Counted from the first letter of the stretch, positions 27,301 to 41,340 are shown. The stretch is DNA of 64,000 bases from Dimorphilus gyrociliatus (GCA_904063045.1 CAJFCJ010000014.1:930001-994000); one strand, 5' to 3'. The notes: generated by a model from the sequence alone, not told the origin. Program-made: numbers and translations.

Positions 27301-28366
27301 TATATTGTATATATTGCCAAAGCAAATTAATTTTAATAAGCCTTAACGAGGACAAAAAATTAAAAAAAAAAATACAAATATCAAATAGAAAAAGAGAAAA
27401 TAACTAAAAAAAAAATACAATCAGCCGTCGTTTGGGAGAGTGTGCAAGAGTAATAAAGAATTTTCTGTTTTGTTGTAAAACTAATTGCTGCTCCTAGACA
27501 ATTTTCGCTCCTCTTACTAAGCGAAATACGTACAGCGAATCATTTTCCAAATTCAACAGTATGTCCCTTATTTTTTTTCTTTTTTTTATTTACGTTTTCT
27601 ACTTTTAATATAACTATTATCATTATAGGATTACATTACGGATTATTTCGATTAATTTTATTAGGCTTTTCGAAACTCATCCCGATGTTAGAGACACATT
27701 TACGCCATTTAGAGGACTACCAGCTTCAGAATTACAGTATAGCTCTATACTGAAAGGTACAGTACGTTTCTTTCTGTTATCTATTAGAATTTTCCAACAA
27801 AAAGTTTGATTTAAAGAAGAATTTTTCCTTATTCAAAAGTTAATTAAGAGAAAACCTTACTAATAAGCTAGTATATATATGACAAAACACAATTTTTCTA
27901 ATATATAAATGGCATCCTTTTTTTTTAGTCTAGCGCGCCATCTTTCGTTCTTGAAAGGAGTTATTTCATATGCCAATTTCCCTTTCTGATCTATACTTTT
28001 ATTAGTCGTTTAAATTATACTTAAGCAATTTTTTTGTTATAGCTCACGCTCTACGAGTTATGGGAACAGTTGAAAAAGTTCTGGCAAGAATCGACCAAAG
28101 ACCTAAGCTAATAGCAATGCTTCACGACCTAGGCAGGAAACATGCCACCTACAAAGCGAAAAGAGAATACTTTGATGTTCGCAACTTTATATGACAAATG
28201 AGAAGGAAGAATTAATCAGCTTTCTTTTACACAGCTAATTGGGCCACAATTCCTCTTCGCCATCCGACCGTCGATCGAGAGCATTTGGAGTGATGAATTA
28301 GAAGAAGCGTGGCTGACTTTGTTCCGTTTCGTCACACATGTCATGCGCGAAGTAATTTACGATTAA
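26918..28366 (+). CDS. Globin X-like protein 1; exons 26918-27129, 27665-27756, 28043-28176, 28235-28366
   Basis: MGQSSS N-terminus, VGVVMFIQLFETHP, CD1 Phe, E7 His (KAHALRVM), F8 His (LGRKH); conserved B12.2 and G7.0 introns plus a central intron. Confidence 0.92.
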
Positions 28367-28830
28367 ACAGTCATGCCTCGCCAGGTGGCGATAGTTGTAT
28401 TTTCATAACGTGCGTTCTAACTCTGACACTAAGCCCTTAGTCCTTCTCTTTCTCTCTTCGCCTGAAAAATCTTCCTTGTTAGATACCGTTTTAGAAGGAT
28501 AAACTAGCCACAAGGAATTTTTGTAAGCTCTACTATGAGTTACTGTTTTATAAATACGTCAGTTTAAATAAAATCATAACAGAGTGTGCTACTACCGAAA
28601 CCTACTGTATACAATGTAAGTCACTTTAGTTTTACTCTTATTCTTCTCAAACATTTCTGCTTTTAAATCAATCCTTTCCGATTTTATCATGCAAACCCCT
28701 CTGCTTTTCTTTGTGAATAGAGGGCACCAACACCGTTTTTGGAGACTACTCCGCTTTTCCTAATACAAGATTCAGTTTCTTTTCGATCGTAATATTTTCC
28801 TTTTGAATTACTGTTAAAAAGAAATGAGGA

Positions 28831-30926
28831 ATGGGTAACTACATCAATACTCCTAACTCCTCCGATGAAAAAGTACCATCTTTTAATAAAAAGCCTACGT
28901 TTACCGAGGATGATAAGCGTTTGGTAGAATCTACCTGGACTCATCTACAAAAAGACGTCTCCAAGGTTGGCGTGGTAACATTTATCGGGTAAGAGATACA
29001 TTTTAGGTTTCTTTCAACAGAAAGTTTTTTACAATCTCCTCTCTATTCCATATATATTATTACACATCTGAAGCTTTTACATTTTCACCTTAATTCGTTC
29101 TAATTAAGGAAAACGGCGAACAAGGATCCTAGATATTGCAAATTTTGTATGCAATTAAAAGAATTAGGAGCTCTGCCAAAGATCCTCCTAAGGGTAGTTT
29201 ATTATCCTAAAGTAATGGAAATACTAATAATCACAGTAGCGAGTATGACAACAATGCCAATGGCATTAACTTTTTTTCAAGATTATGCTGGAGAGATGTA
29301 AAGAGAACGAGTGATAGTGAAAAGAAGAAAACGAAGAGAGAGAGAGGGGGAGAGAGAGATATAAGGGCAATGAACGGAAGAAAAAAAAACTAACAGAAAC
29401 CTTTATAATTAATTTTGTACGGCAGAAGGCATAAACAGCTGTAAGGCCAGTTAGTTTGCTTTTTCCCTCTCTTTTTTCCCAAATATCACAAGGATTTTGA
29501 AAAAGTTACTTGGTTTAGCAAAGAGATAGGGCATTATGATTTTATTTATATACATTTACCAGTGAGTTTAATAGATCATTGCGTGTCTAGAGATAGAATA
29601 AAAGTGAATTAATACGACACATTTGTTCTTTCGTTATTAAGAATAAATCAGTTATTAGAAAATTCAAGCAATCTACTAAAAAAAAAAACCTATTCGATGA
29701 TTTTCTCTTCTGTATACATGGATTTCCTTACATTTCCCTTCTTTTTCCTCCAATCTATCTTATTCACTTACTTATTCACTCAGCTATTCTTTTCTTCTTC
29801 TTTTTTTCCTTCATCATATCTTTGTTCCATTATGCATTTATTTTCAGAATTATTAATCAAGAAATTTACAAGATGAAATATCTAACAAACTGCTGAGTCT
29901 TGTAAAAAAAAAACCTATATAGATTAGACATATGACATGTACTGTGTCTATCTTAATTTGAAGGCTATAAGTTACCTTATTTTTTTCCTTCACTTCCGTT
30001 TTCAACCACTTCTGTAGTGATTAGGATTTTTTTTTTTGGTTAAAATGTAACCCTTTAGGGACTTTCGTTCATCGATAGAGGATTGATTCATCTAGTTTAG
30101 TTGATTAACGACGTTTTAGTTTAGGCGGAGAACACAGATGGTACAAGACTCCAGAGATCATTCTCTCTATGACTGAAAATGAATGCGTCTTTTCACTGTC
30201 AAGATTTGATATACATTTTTAATTGATGTATTATATATTTTAGAGGCAGAATTTATTTATACGAAAGTGTAAATATTGTACATAAGCATATTTGCTTATA
30301 TGTATAATGTACTTAATATATTATACATTACATATACATTGAATTATTTCGTATATATACGTATGACTTGGATATTCTATCTTTACTATTAAGGCAGGGT
30401 TTATATTTATATATAAATTTATATAATTTATATATACTGTATTTATATATATATTAGAATTTGAGCGTATTTTGTACAAGGCGACTAAATTATCGAATAA
30501 TTACAGACTATTCGAAACTCATCCGGAAACCAAGGATGTTTTTTTAGCATTTAAAAATATCGCTCCTCGCCAATTGGAGGAGAATGCTGAACTCAGGGCA
30601 CACGGTCTAAGAGTTATGGGTACCGTTGAAAAATTTCTCGCAAGAATCAATAATGAAGAAAGATTGAGATCTCTATTACACGATTTGGGTCGAAGACATG
30701 CATCATATAATGCTGAAGCGAAATTTATACCAGTTCGTATCAATTACGTAATAATGTACGAATAGACAATCTGATTTATTGGCAGATGATGGGTAATGCT
30801 TTTATAACTGCTATAAAACCGTATTTAGAAGAGCATTGGAATGAAGACGTGGATAGAGCCTGGCATTCCCTCTTTAGTCTTTTATCCTATTACATGACGG
30901 AGGGTATGATAGAAGGATCTTCCTAA
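28831..30926 (+). CDS. Globin X-like protein 2; exons 28831-28988, 30507-30732, 30786-30926
   Basis: MGNYINT start, VGVVTFIGLFETHP, ELRAHGLRVMGTVEK (vertebrate GbX has ELRAHGLRVM), LGRRH, W..LF..L.YYMTEG; B12.2 and G7.0 introns. Confidence 0.92.
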
Positions 30927-30952
30927 AAAAAGAAAATTTTTTCTTAACTTTT

Positions 30953-32828
30953 TTATTCATTGGCAATTAATAAAAATCGAGCCATTAACAAAACGTGATC
31001 AGAAGAAATACAAGCGTTCGGTAATCGTCCCCAATCATTCATCTCTCCAACGGTGGGCAATCTCAAAGTACTTAACAATTGCAGATTACCCTCGATGGAG
31101 GCCAAAAATTCTTTTCCATGCTCCTTCTTTCGTTTTTTCTCGGCAACATTGTAAAAAATATAATCAACTGTTTGATTTGTTAGACGATGAGAAGTTGTTG
31201 CTTCCATCACTTTTCCACCTCTTTCGTTTCTTATGAGATGTCGGTAAGCGGATTTCAAGTTTAAATGGTGTTTTAACAATCCTGAATCTTGGACGTACAT
31301 TGAACTCTCATCGTTAGAAAAGCAACATTGGTCAGTTATATTTAGGCGCTTAGAAATAAAATCTCTGCCTAATTGGGGTTTTAACGAAAAAGAATTACGT
31401 TGCTCATCTTGACCTGATAACGTTTTCGTTTCAACATGATCAACCTCTAATCTTCCCTTATCAATGAAATTATATATGTTACTGAATGGAACAGCATTAA
31501 AATCCCCACACAAGATAATTGGATATCTTCTTCTATCACGGGTCATGAATTCAATCTCAGCCAATAGAATCATTAGTTGGGCCAATTTGATATCTCCTCT
31601 CCGAGGATTATACAGTAAATGAGTGTTTGCCACGCATAACCGACTCCTGAATTTTTCATTAGTGCTTTCTAACATGACTATAATGGCAATGTTATCCCTG
31701 TCCATGACAGAATCATCCGATACTCGGTTAAATTCTATCAACTTATGATTTATCATTCTGAAAAGCGATCTTCTCCAAAAAGTTGCACAACCGTCTTGCT
31801 TGTCATTCGTCCTCTTTTTAAACAAACTGTCATAGCCGAGCCTTTCTATTTCCGGTTTGAAGAAGCTTTCGTAGTGTTGTGCATTTACTTCTTGCAGGCA
31901 TAATATCTGTGAAAGTGTGTTTTATTACAAAAAATAAATAATAATGATTATTTTGTGGTTCGTTAAGCGTATAGACAACGCAGATTAAGCAATAAGCCTT
32001 ACATCAGATCGCCTATAAGACAGTTCTTCGATGAGTTTATTTCGTCTATAATCCCACGACAACATCCAATCTTCACAATGTTTATATAAATATCTGTTAT
32101 CCTAAGATAATGTTTTTGATTAATCAATAAAGTAAACGTATGGAAAAAATTGTCGTAAATGTTTTTCTCTGTTTTTTTTTTACCTCTAGAAGATTTTGGG
32201 CTAAAAGATTATAAGAAGCAATCGAAAAATCTATAAACTGCTGAGCCTTCTTATATTTGATTTTTTCATTAAAGTTAATCACTTTGTGCCATCGACGATT
32301 TTTAAACTTGAAATCTATTCGTTAAAGTTCATTACTGTATGAAATATTATAAGAATGACATTAATTACTATGATTCATTTGTATAGCATCATCATGATGT
32401 GTCGATAGAGCTGAGCAATCTTCTTGACTTGTTTCACCCGCAATAGTTCCACCTGAAAATCCTGTAGTCAACTTAGAGGAATTTACCGTTCGTTCTTTGG
32501 TCCTTTTCACCTTTGATTCGTCAGATTTTAATCTTGTCCTCTTAATTTGAACTTTAGAGTCTGTAGATGATTTTCTTGAGGATGAAGTTGGATTGTTTTG
32601 TTGAATATTTGTACTCGTTTTCCTTTCATTGTTTGCCTCTGTCTGCAGTTGTCTATATCTAACAAACGCTGAAGGTTGGAAAGCTGGAGGTCTGAAAATC
32701 GGCTGGCCTAATACTTGTTGTGGATTTTTTATTCTGAAAGGCTGAAATCTTGGTCGGAAGAGACTGTCTGAGTTAGTATTATGAAAGGGCATTCTCTTCA
32801 TTTTACTGATAATATTATTCAATCGCAT
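30953..32828 (-). CDS. ANGEL2: Angel homolog (EEP/CCR4 family 2',3'-cyclic phosphatase); exons 32828-32369, 32314-32184, 32101-32003, 31906-30953
   Basis: FSIASYNLLAQNLLE, ILCLQEV, DGCATFW, LCVANTHLLYNPRRGDIKLAQL, ILCGDFN, TVDYIFY, SSDHVLL; basic N-terminus lacking acidic residues. Confidence 0.9.
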
Positions 32829-33337
32829 TAGAGTAAAGCTGAAATAGCGCTATTTAAGGGATGCTCTATCGTTTAATTAACTATTCTACACTCACATTAT
32901 TTGTTTAATGTTTGCATCAAATAGTATTTTTTTCTATTTATTACGGCTATGATGAAACACTGAAATTTGGAATCACCAGACACGGCATGTTCGTAGAAAA
33001 TTACGAAAATACTGATATAGATAATAAAACGCCATCTGCTAACCATTTCATAAACTAATGTTATATATTATAATAGGAAATATAAGAGTCTAATATTAGG
33101 TTATATGTCGACTAATATAATAAACTAATTTCAAGACTCTAGGGAAAAAGTTTTAATGCTTTTATTCGATCATAAATTATCTATATTTTAGTCTTTTATT
33201 AACTTAACCTTTAAGTTTTCCCTCTGAAATCGGACATCGTTCCTAGTAATATCTTCACAGAAGAAACTATTTCGATAATAACTTTATTCTCTTTATGACT
33301 TTTCTTCATCAAGCTTCTTATTTATTGACTTTGTTAA

Positions 33338-34348
33338 ATGAAGATGCTGAATAAAATAAGGCATTTATCTAAGCAATTAACAAGACTCCATTGTCACCGT
33401 CAAGCAGCCTCTCTTGCTACTTTATCTTACACTGAATATGGAAAACCCTCGAAAAACCCTCCTATTTTCATATTCCACGGTAATTATTAGGAATGCGTAG
33501 ATATCAATCTATAATTACATCTGCTCATTTATTATCGTTTATCTCAACACTCAATATTTATTTCATTATTGTTTTATTATACAAATAAAGGTTTATTCGG
33601 ATCTAAAAGAAATTGGACGTCTATATCAAAGAAACTAATTGAAAACAACGATAGGCATGTGTTCGCTGTTGACCTTAGGAATCATGGGAATAGCGAACAC
33701 ACCTTTAAAATGTCTTACGACTTGATGGCAGAGGACTGTATTGCCTTAATAGAAAGTTTTAAATTATCTAAACCACCAGTCTTAATAGGACATAGTATGG
33801 GCGGAAAGGTGGCAATGACCATTGCCTTGAAGTATTCAATTCCTCTATCTTCGTTAATAATTGCAGACGTTAGCCCATTAAAGAATGAAACTAGAGGATC
33901 CGTTGAATTGCGAAGACTCATCGAGATTATGAAAGGGATTGATTTATCGAAATCGAATGCAGTGAATGTATCGGAATTTAGGACGAAGGTTATGGACTAT
34001 ATAAAACCGAGAATTTCCGATGAAATGCTACGAGCATTCATTTTATCCAATTTAAGAGAGAAATCCGATAAATCCTCATACGAATTTTCATTTAATCTTA
34101 ACGCTATTGACAACAATTTAGACGCTCTTTATAGTAGTCAAGACTTCGATGCAAAATACGAAGGATCAACTTTATTTATAGCTGGTTCAAATAGTGATTA
34201 CGTAACAGAAAAGCATGTACCAACTATAAATAAACTATTTCCAGCTAATGAAATTTATCACATAAAAGACGCTGGACATTGGTTACATTATGACAAACCG
34301 AAAGAGTTTTTGTTAAAAATTACTGAGTTCTTATCAAGATCAAATTGA
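33338..34348 (+). CDS. ABHD11: Alpha/beta hydrolase ABHD11; exons 33338-33479, 33591-34348
   Basis: Presequence-like MKMLNKIRHLSKQLTRL, PPIFIFHGLFGSKRNW, VDLRNHGNS, GHSMGGK, IADVSP, AGHWLHYDKP. Confidence 0.95.
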
Positions 34349-36957
34349 TTTTATTCTTAAATAGACACGAGATGCTGATAATTGTAGAGAAAGAGAGAAA
34401 ATTCGTGATTAGAGTATTTTTCTTTGTTATTTCCTCATTTTGTTTTAGAAAATCTAAGCAGTTTGTTACTAAATACCGAAACTAATTTTTAAAAAGTAAA
34501 CTGAAACTTTATAGCTTAACTTTCAGAGCTGTTTGACCAGTTTCTTCTCTTCATTTCTTCTGAGCATCGTATATCTTCATGACTACAACGTAATTTTATA
34601 AATAAAGAAATTCAATCAGGATTTATTAATTTAATCAGTCATAAGAAGGACTTAGAATACAATCAGTCTCCAGAAGCCTACTAATTTTTAATATCCCTTT
34701 ATATTTTTAGACTTTAAAATGAAAGATTCTCTGAAGTTATTAGAATGAGAAAAAGAGAAAGGAAAAGGTGAGAAAAAAGAGGGGGAAAGAACCGGTGCCG
34801 TTTGGAAGTTTTTCTCTCTTTTTCTCCTTTCTCTTCCTGCATTATTTTAACCGCTATTGATTTTTTTTTCTTGTATAAAAAATACTTAACAATGCCCGCC
34901 TCTCACTGTTCGTTATTTGTTCCTCTCCTTTCGAATTTCCGTTTGCAAGATGATTTTCTAAAGAGTAAAAATTCCGAGAATTAACCGCAGAAATCCTGTG
35001 TTTGATGCCAACAATTTGTTTGGATTCTGTTAGTTTTTGATAACAGCAATTCGCTGGATCCTTACAAGTTACTCTTCTCTTTAACAAGTTTTCAACTGTC
35101 TCAAATTTCGATTCTTGACGTCTTGGATACAAAGTTGTTCTTTTTGAGAACCATTCCCAGAGCGTATCAATCTCTATCTTAATTAATCTGGTTTCTCTCA
35201 ATGTCCACTTTAGTATTTCAAGTTATCATTTTATCATAATTGAACTCTATATATTTGTATTAACAAGGTCCATGTTATGTAATTATCAGATTCAATAATC
35301 GAAGTATCTTTATATTTATTTCCTTTCTTTTTTACAGCGTAAATACAATTTCCTGTTTAGAGTTTTCCTTTCATTGTGACGCCTAAAACAATCGTCAATA
35401 TTGAGACTTAAGAGGCTTTAATTCTACCTCTTCTTGTATGGCGAGAGTGTTCTCTATTTTCCAATTAAACAAACTACTCTGTTTGTTAATTCTTTTCATC
35501 ATTCTTCCGTTTAACTTACAATAGCCAAGAATATCTGGAAAGGAAACAAATATTGATTTGGGGGTAAGACAGAGGAGGTGAGAAGGATAGAGAGATAGAG
35601 GAAAAGATAGATAGATAGAATAAAAATAGGAGGTGAGAAGAGAAGGCAACCAAATGATATATATGCATAGAGAGAGAGAGATGGATAGATAGATAGACTC
35701 AGTACTTTAGTCAAAGAGTAAGAGAAAATGAAATGAAATTAAATAAACAAAAAAGAGAATGCTGAAGAGAAAAGGAAAAGAGAACTTTCAAATTAGACGC
35801 TAAACGAGCATGATCTATAAGTAGGTTTAGCTATAAATAACAGAAATAAACTTTTTGCCAACGTAGTTGTAACATCTGCCATTCTAAGATTATTAATGAA
35901 GTTGTTTTATATTTAGATTTCATTAATTTTGGAAACTAAAGGGTACCATAATTTAAATGACGAATTAAGCAAAGGTTAAAAACACTACATAACATCTTTT
36001 ATTGCCTTATCTTTAATCGTTATCTATGTTTATTAAGATAAAAGAAAATAAAAGACGTAATAAAGAAATCTTCTTCACCCCCCGCCCGACTCTCTTTCTC
36101 TTCCCATCTTCCCTCCAACTTCAACAACAAAAACATGTTTAAAAATTTTTGTCATATAAATAGAATTATACAGAAATAGACGCATGTTTTTAACAGTTGA
36201 AACACGAATGCTTTCAACAACTAATTTCTTTGTAAGCCCAAAGATGTGCGAAATAATAACTTTGCCTCTCTCTCGCTTTACGTATGAATCTGTCCATCTC
36301 TTGGACATATATACATTTACACCCACACATATATATATACATAGAGAGAGAGAGAGAGAGAGAGACACGACTTTTCTCATCATAATTCATTTACTGTTAT
36401 GTAGTCATCTGATGCTGCCATCTACCGACTATTGAATAATTACATTTTACAAACTATGGAAAAAATTTGTAATTGAATAAACGAGTCGAGACCATCTTTT
36501 TCCTTTTATTTTTTTAAAAGGCAAACAGCTTGCCAAGATAAATAAGCAAAACAAATAGAAAAAATACGATTAATGTTGACGGATTAAAATGAAAAACTGT
36601 AGTTTTATGTATTAAATTATTGGTATAGTTGTTTTTTAGCTTCATGGGATAGATTGTAAACATAAATGAAGTGGTATTAAAATTTTATAGAAAGAACTGG
36701 TATAAGAGCAATATAATCCTGAAATCTTTCCTTATCCTATAGTCTTTAATAATGCTTAGGGCCGTTATCGATAATTATATAAATATCGATATACTTTTGT
36801 AAATATTTAGTTCTTATTTTATTAAATCCCCTTATTCATCATTATCCCCATTTAAGAAAAAGGAGTATAGAAGAATACGGAGAATAGGTAAGAAAAGTCT
36901 TTTTAAAACATCTATTAAATAGTGTCTTATTTATTATTTTTTCTTCTTTTTTATCTT

Positions 36958-36960
<3 letters not shown>

Positions 36961-36989
<29 letters not shown>
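36961..36989. repeat. (TC)n microsatellite
   Basis: Perfect TC run. Confidence 0.95.
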
Positions 36990-36997
<8 letters not shown>

Positions 36998-39900
36998 TTC
37001 CCTCGTTTTGCTAGCTCTCCATCGTTCTCGCCTTTTCTGTCTCTTTTTTCTTTACTCCTCTTCTTTTATATCCTCCTTTTTCTCTTAGATAAAAAAATAC
37101 TCGTTAATTACTCAAACAAAAACGGAACGTGGTCGGTTGTTTGTCGTAAGAAAAGAAGAAAATAAAAGAAGGTCGTTAAAGTATCAAAATAGGCTTAGAA
37201 TGGGTGCGTCAATCGATTTTTAATACGGTGAGTTACGTACTTAATAATATTTCAAGTTGACAAGAATCCCTCATTCATCCTAAGCTAGCCTATAATTAGT
37301 TGAAAGAGTTTCGTAGAAAATATAGTCGACTTTTAATCGCCTCCCTTATCCAGACTAATTGAAGATGTTGTGTCAAAGGAGTCTTTTCTCTTCTATTGTC
37401 CTATTCGTTCCATTGAGGATGTCAGTTGACGTGCGACCGCTGCTTAACAGATCGAGCATGAAATTTTTCTACTTTGAACCCGAGAGAAATTTTGTAGTTT
37501 AACTTTATTAAAAAGAAATTTCTGTTAATATAAAAAAGAAGACAAAAAGAAGAGAAAAGAACAAAAAAGAGAAAAAGAAAGACTCATGAATATTCATAGC
37601 TTGCTGAAAACTCGGATTGAAAGCTTATAATTTAGAAAAGGTAGACTGTTTTGTAAGAAAGAAGTGGGGATAATGTTTAACAAGCTCCTACTTATCTTTC
37701 TTTCTTTTTTTTACGGTACGAAAATATATACTCATTCATTCTATACAAGATCTTCGCGGAAGTTGGGTATAGTATAACATTATTCCCAACCACTCCCTTC
37801 CCCTTGTTTCGGCGTCTATTACAATAAAAGGCGGTGTTGCCATCTGCATGATTGATCGGCTTTCCAATACAGGGGAGTTTGCTGGATGCCGCAGCGCAAT
37901 TTGTTATCCTTTGCAATCTCGCACCAATCGAATTATTAACGCATAGTTAATATTGTTGCATAACCTTATCCTTTACGCATTAACTGCCAATTTTATGACT
38001 TTATCATGCTGTGATTCATTCGATAAAGACGCGGAGAAAAGGGAAAAATCGTTAATTAGATTAGATTCTCTTTAAATATAAAGAAAGAGAAAGAGAAACG
38101 CGAATACTCTTCTAATACGGCCTTTATTATAATACACAATATTGCATAATTTATTTAACATATTAATAAGGAATTAAAGAGATTTAGCAGAAGAATACAG
38201 ACACTAGGCAATCTTTTTACGTAAGTTTAAATATTAACGTACGATCTGACGTTCTACTTTGTTCTCGCTTCCGTTTCGGATTCTTTCTTCTTATCGATTC
38301 AACATTCCATATTTTTTCCCTACTTCTCTCTACCCCTTTTCCTTGATTCGTTTATTTTAGTTTTCTTTTGTATTCATTCTCTTACTGTCTCTCAATCAAT
38401 CTCAATTCATCCTTCTTCTCCTTCTTTTACTTACTTACTCAAAGGACTTGAAATATTTCTCGATTTCATTCCTGCATCGCTGGTGGTAGGATGTCAGTTA
38501 TTCGTGCTTATAATGCAGAAATATTAAATTAAATGCTTGCTCGAATACGCTCTTAAATTGTTGCTATATTCGTTTAGGCATTTTAGTTGCGTATTTGGCC
38601 TTCTAAACAATTATTAATAGTATTATTGTTAAAGGAGAGAGTTGCAGAATTATTGAGTGTCTGCGTATACGCGTGATATAGTTCTTTATACATTGTATAT
38701 ATTTAGAAATACTTTGTAGATACTCGAACGAAGGTATCTAGTAATTTGCGGTATAAATAAGGTAAAGCTTATTGCTGATCACGTAGACGGCCTGACCACT
38801 GCAGACCAGCGAGCATGTCAATCATTGTGGACGTGATGCAGCGTTCTAATTGACGCTAACGAGCTCCGTAGCGTTTTCTTGCTTGATTTAAGCCGATTTC
38901 GGTCTCTGCGTAAGTCTGCATAGGAGCTTATACAGTCAGAGACGGATACGCCGTCAGAAAACGCTCGCCGTCGCCGGATGTCGGGCGTCCATTGTTGGAG
39001 GTATAGAGCGGATGACGTCCATCGGGCGTCGAGCTTCCGCCGGAACAGCGTCTCCCGTTGTAATGACCTAGTTGCGTAATGGCACACGCCGGGTGACGCG
39101 TTCTCGTAAAGGCCTATATAATACAGCGTTTGTATATGTTTTCAGTAGTTCTTTTTGTATTTCTTTCAGCTTAATTGCACTATTGCGTGCTTGTTGCATG
39201 CGAAGAGTCAATGAAGCAGCAACTTCAATCACTTTAGCCTGAATCATAATCTTTACTGATTATAGGATAAGCTAACAAAATTGTCAGCAATCGTTTTGTA
39301 ACGCCCGCTAAAGAAATGAAACGATTAATGGACGCGACGTCACTCTTGAATCGAGTCTAATCCACCTGCTGCTCCCAATTATTTATCATTATTGCGTCCG
39401 TACGGCTCGCCGTCGTTGTTACACGGTCCGTCGGTTCAAAACTCGGGGCGTCTGTTTTCTATTCTCTTTTCCTGCTTAATTCGATTGCTCCCGTTACGAA
39501 GTGAACGGCCCCCGAAAATCAGAACGTCATGCACGAGACGCCACCAAGTATAATCGTGCTTGAGGCAAGGTTGCAAACTTCGCAATTGGCTTTGTTACGG
39601 CCGTATGTAACGAGTTTGAGAGCAAAAATAGACTATACGTTCGAGAAACGTTTCGTTTCCACTATAATTTCTGCAAAACTGAACTAAATGATTTTAGCTT
39701 GTTTGTTAGTAAATGACTTCTAACGCCGTATGAGCTGCGCTTTTTTTGTTTGCCGTTTCGGTTTATGTATATTGTGTAAAAGAACGAAGGCGTGAGTGTA
39801 AGCTTTTCAGCCACGCCCTTCAATTGTTTCGTAACAAGAATAGACGACATTGAATAGAAATTATACGCGACATTCGGTTTTGATTGGAAAAAAATTTGAC

Positions 39901-41169
39901 GAACGCGTGTTAGAAGCAACCGCGCGTTTTAACACTCATCATATATAGGCAATAAACAACGATGGATGAGTGCGTTAGTAAATATACCTAGAAATAGCCG
40001 GGAGCTAAACGTTTGTTCTCTTTTTTACAAGAGCATTAAATTTTGCGTTCGCAACTGCAATACTGCAACTTTAGACGGTGCGACAGGCGCTCAAAAACCT
40101 TATCGGTGAAAAATCAAGACCGACGCCTGCGCAAATGACGAGGTGTTATGCAATTAACTACAGCGTTACGTCGTTTTTTGTAGCAAGTATATACATTTAA
40201 GAATGCATCAAGGATAAGAGAACAAACCCCAACAATTATATTTGACGAGAGAGTCCTAACTGAAAATCGCTGTCACTTTATAGACAATCCTTCTTGTCAG
40301 GCGTCTCTTTTGGGAATGCAGCGTCAGCAATCCATCATGGAAAGTATACTGAAAGGTGCTCGTTTCCTGCGTTGGAGAGACGGCACTGGGAATGAGTCTC
40401 AGGTGCTAGAGACGATTCTCTGACGAGCTTGTCATGTCATGAAGACGTCATTGTGCACGCGTGCGCAGCATCGAATATACTAGAGATGTTCAAAAGGAAA
40501 GGCGAGATGACAATTAGCGCAACAAAGCAGGACGCTTGGACGACGCTGCAGAGACGCTACGTGATGCTTTTCCTCCATTGTCTCTCTACACAGTTACGTT
40601 TTCTCCGCCCAGCTTCCGACTTGCGACGAATTGCGTCATTTTTACGAGCATGAATGTAGCACTATATACACTTTGGTATATTGAATGAAGCATATATCTA
40701 TAAATAGACATACGTAGAAAGTGAGTTTAAGATAAAATGCTCGATATACACTGGTTAGATGTTCTTATCATTTGTAAAGTTTACTATAAGGAAATTACTG
40801 CAGCACGCAGAGAAACGCTACTGAAATCTGCAGGTGCCGCGCGTTTTCGAAATGACATCGATCTGACAGCTTTTTGGCACGATCGTTACTTTTGATAATC
40901 GACTGATAAGGTTCAATATCGTTTCTTCACGCTACTTCGCTCTTCACGTGATCTTTGTCTGAACATTCTTTTTCAAAGTTTTAATTTTTTATCTTTGGAG
41001 GAATTCATTAATAAAAACAGCTAAAAAATCTTAATTTTTGATATAAATGAGCGTATTTTTTACTAAAGCGGAACGTTTCACTTCGCATTTTTGCACAAGA
41101 ATGACGGAAAAAAAATCCTGGATCCCACGGGCAAAATGTGTCAAAGATTCTAGCGCGCTAAACGGAGGA

Positions 41170-41340
41170 AAAACTAACCAATCAGCGAAGAGGGAGGAGC
41201 ATTAATATGGCAGCTAGTCGATGATTGGTTGTGGTGAGAATGCTGGGGTTAAAAGCAAACCATCTACCGTGCCGTTTCCATGCTTAAATTGTTTATAAAA
41301 AAGCGACGAACTGCTCACGTTTTATTGAGTGTCATGTGAA
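41170..41340 (+). promoter_or_regulatory. Core promoter of Lhx2/9 copy A (two CCAAT boxes + TATA)
   Basis: CCAAT at 41178-41182, ATTGG at 41224-41228, TATAAAA at 41294-41300, ATG at 41372. Confidence 0.55.

Noticed and set aside
38818-39087. GC-rich 89-aa minus-strand ORF upstream of Lhx2/9-A
   Set aside because: GTG start, no domain, no convincing splice partners; treated as probable regulatory DNA.
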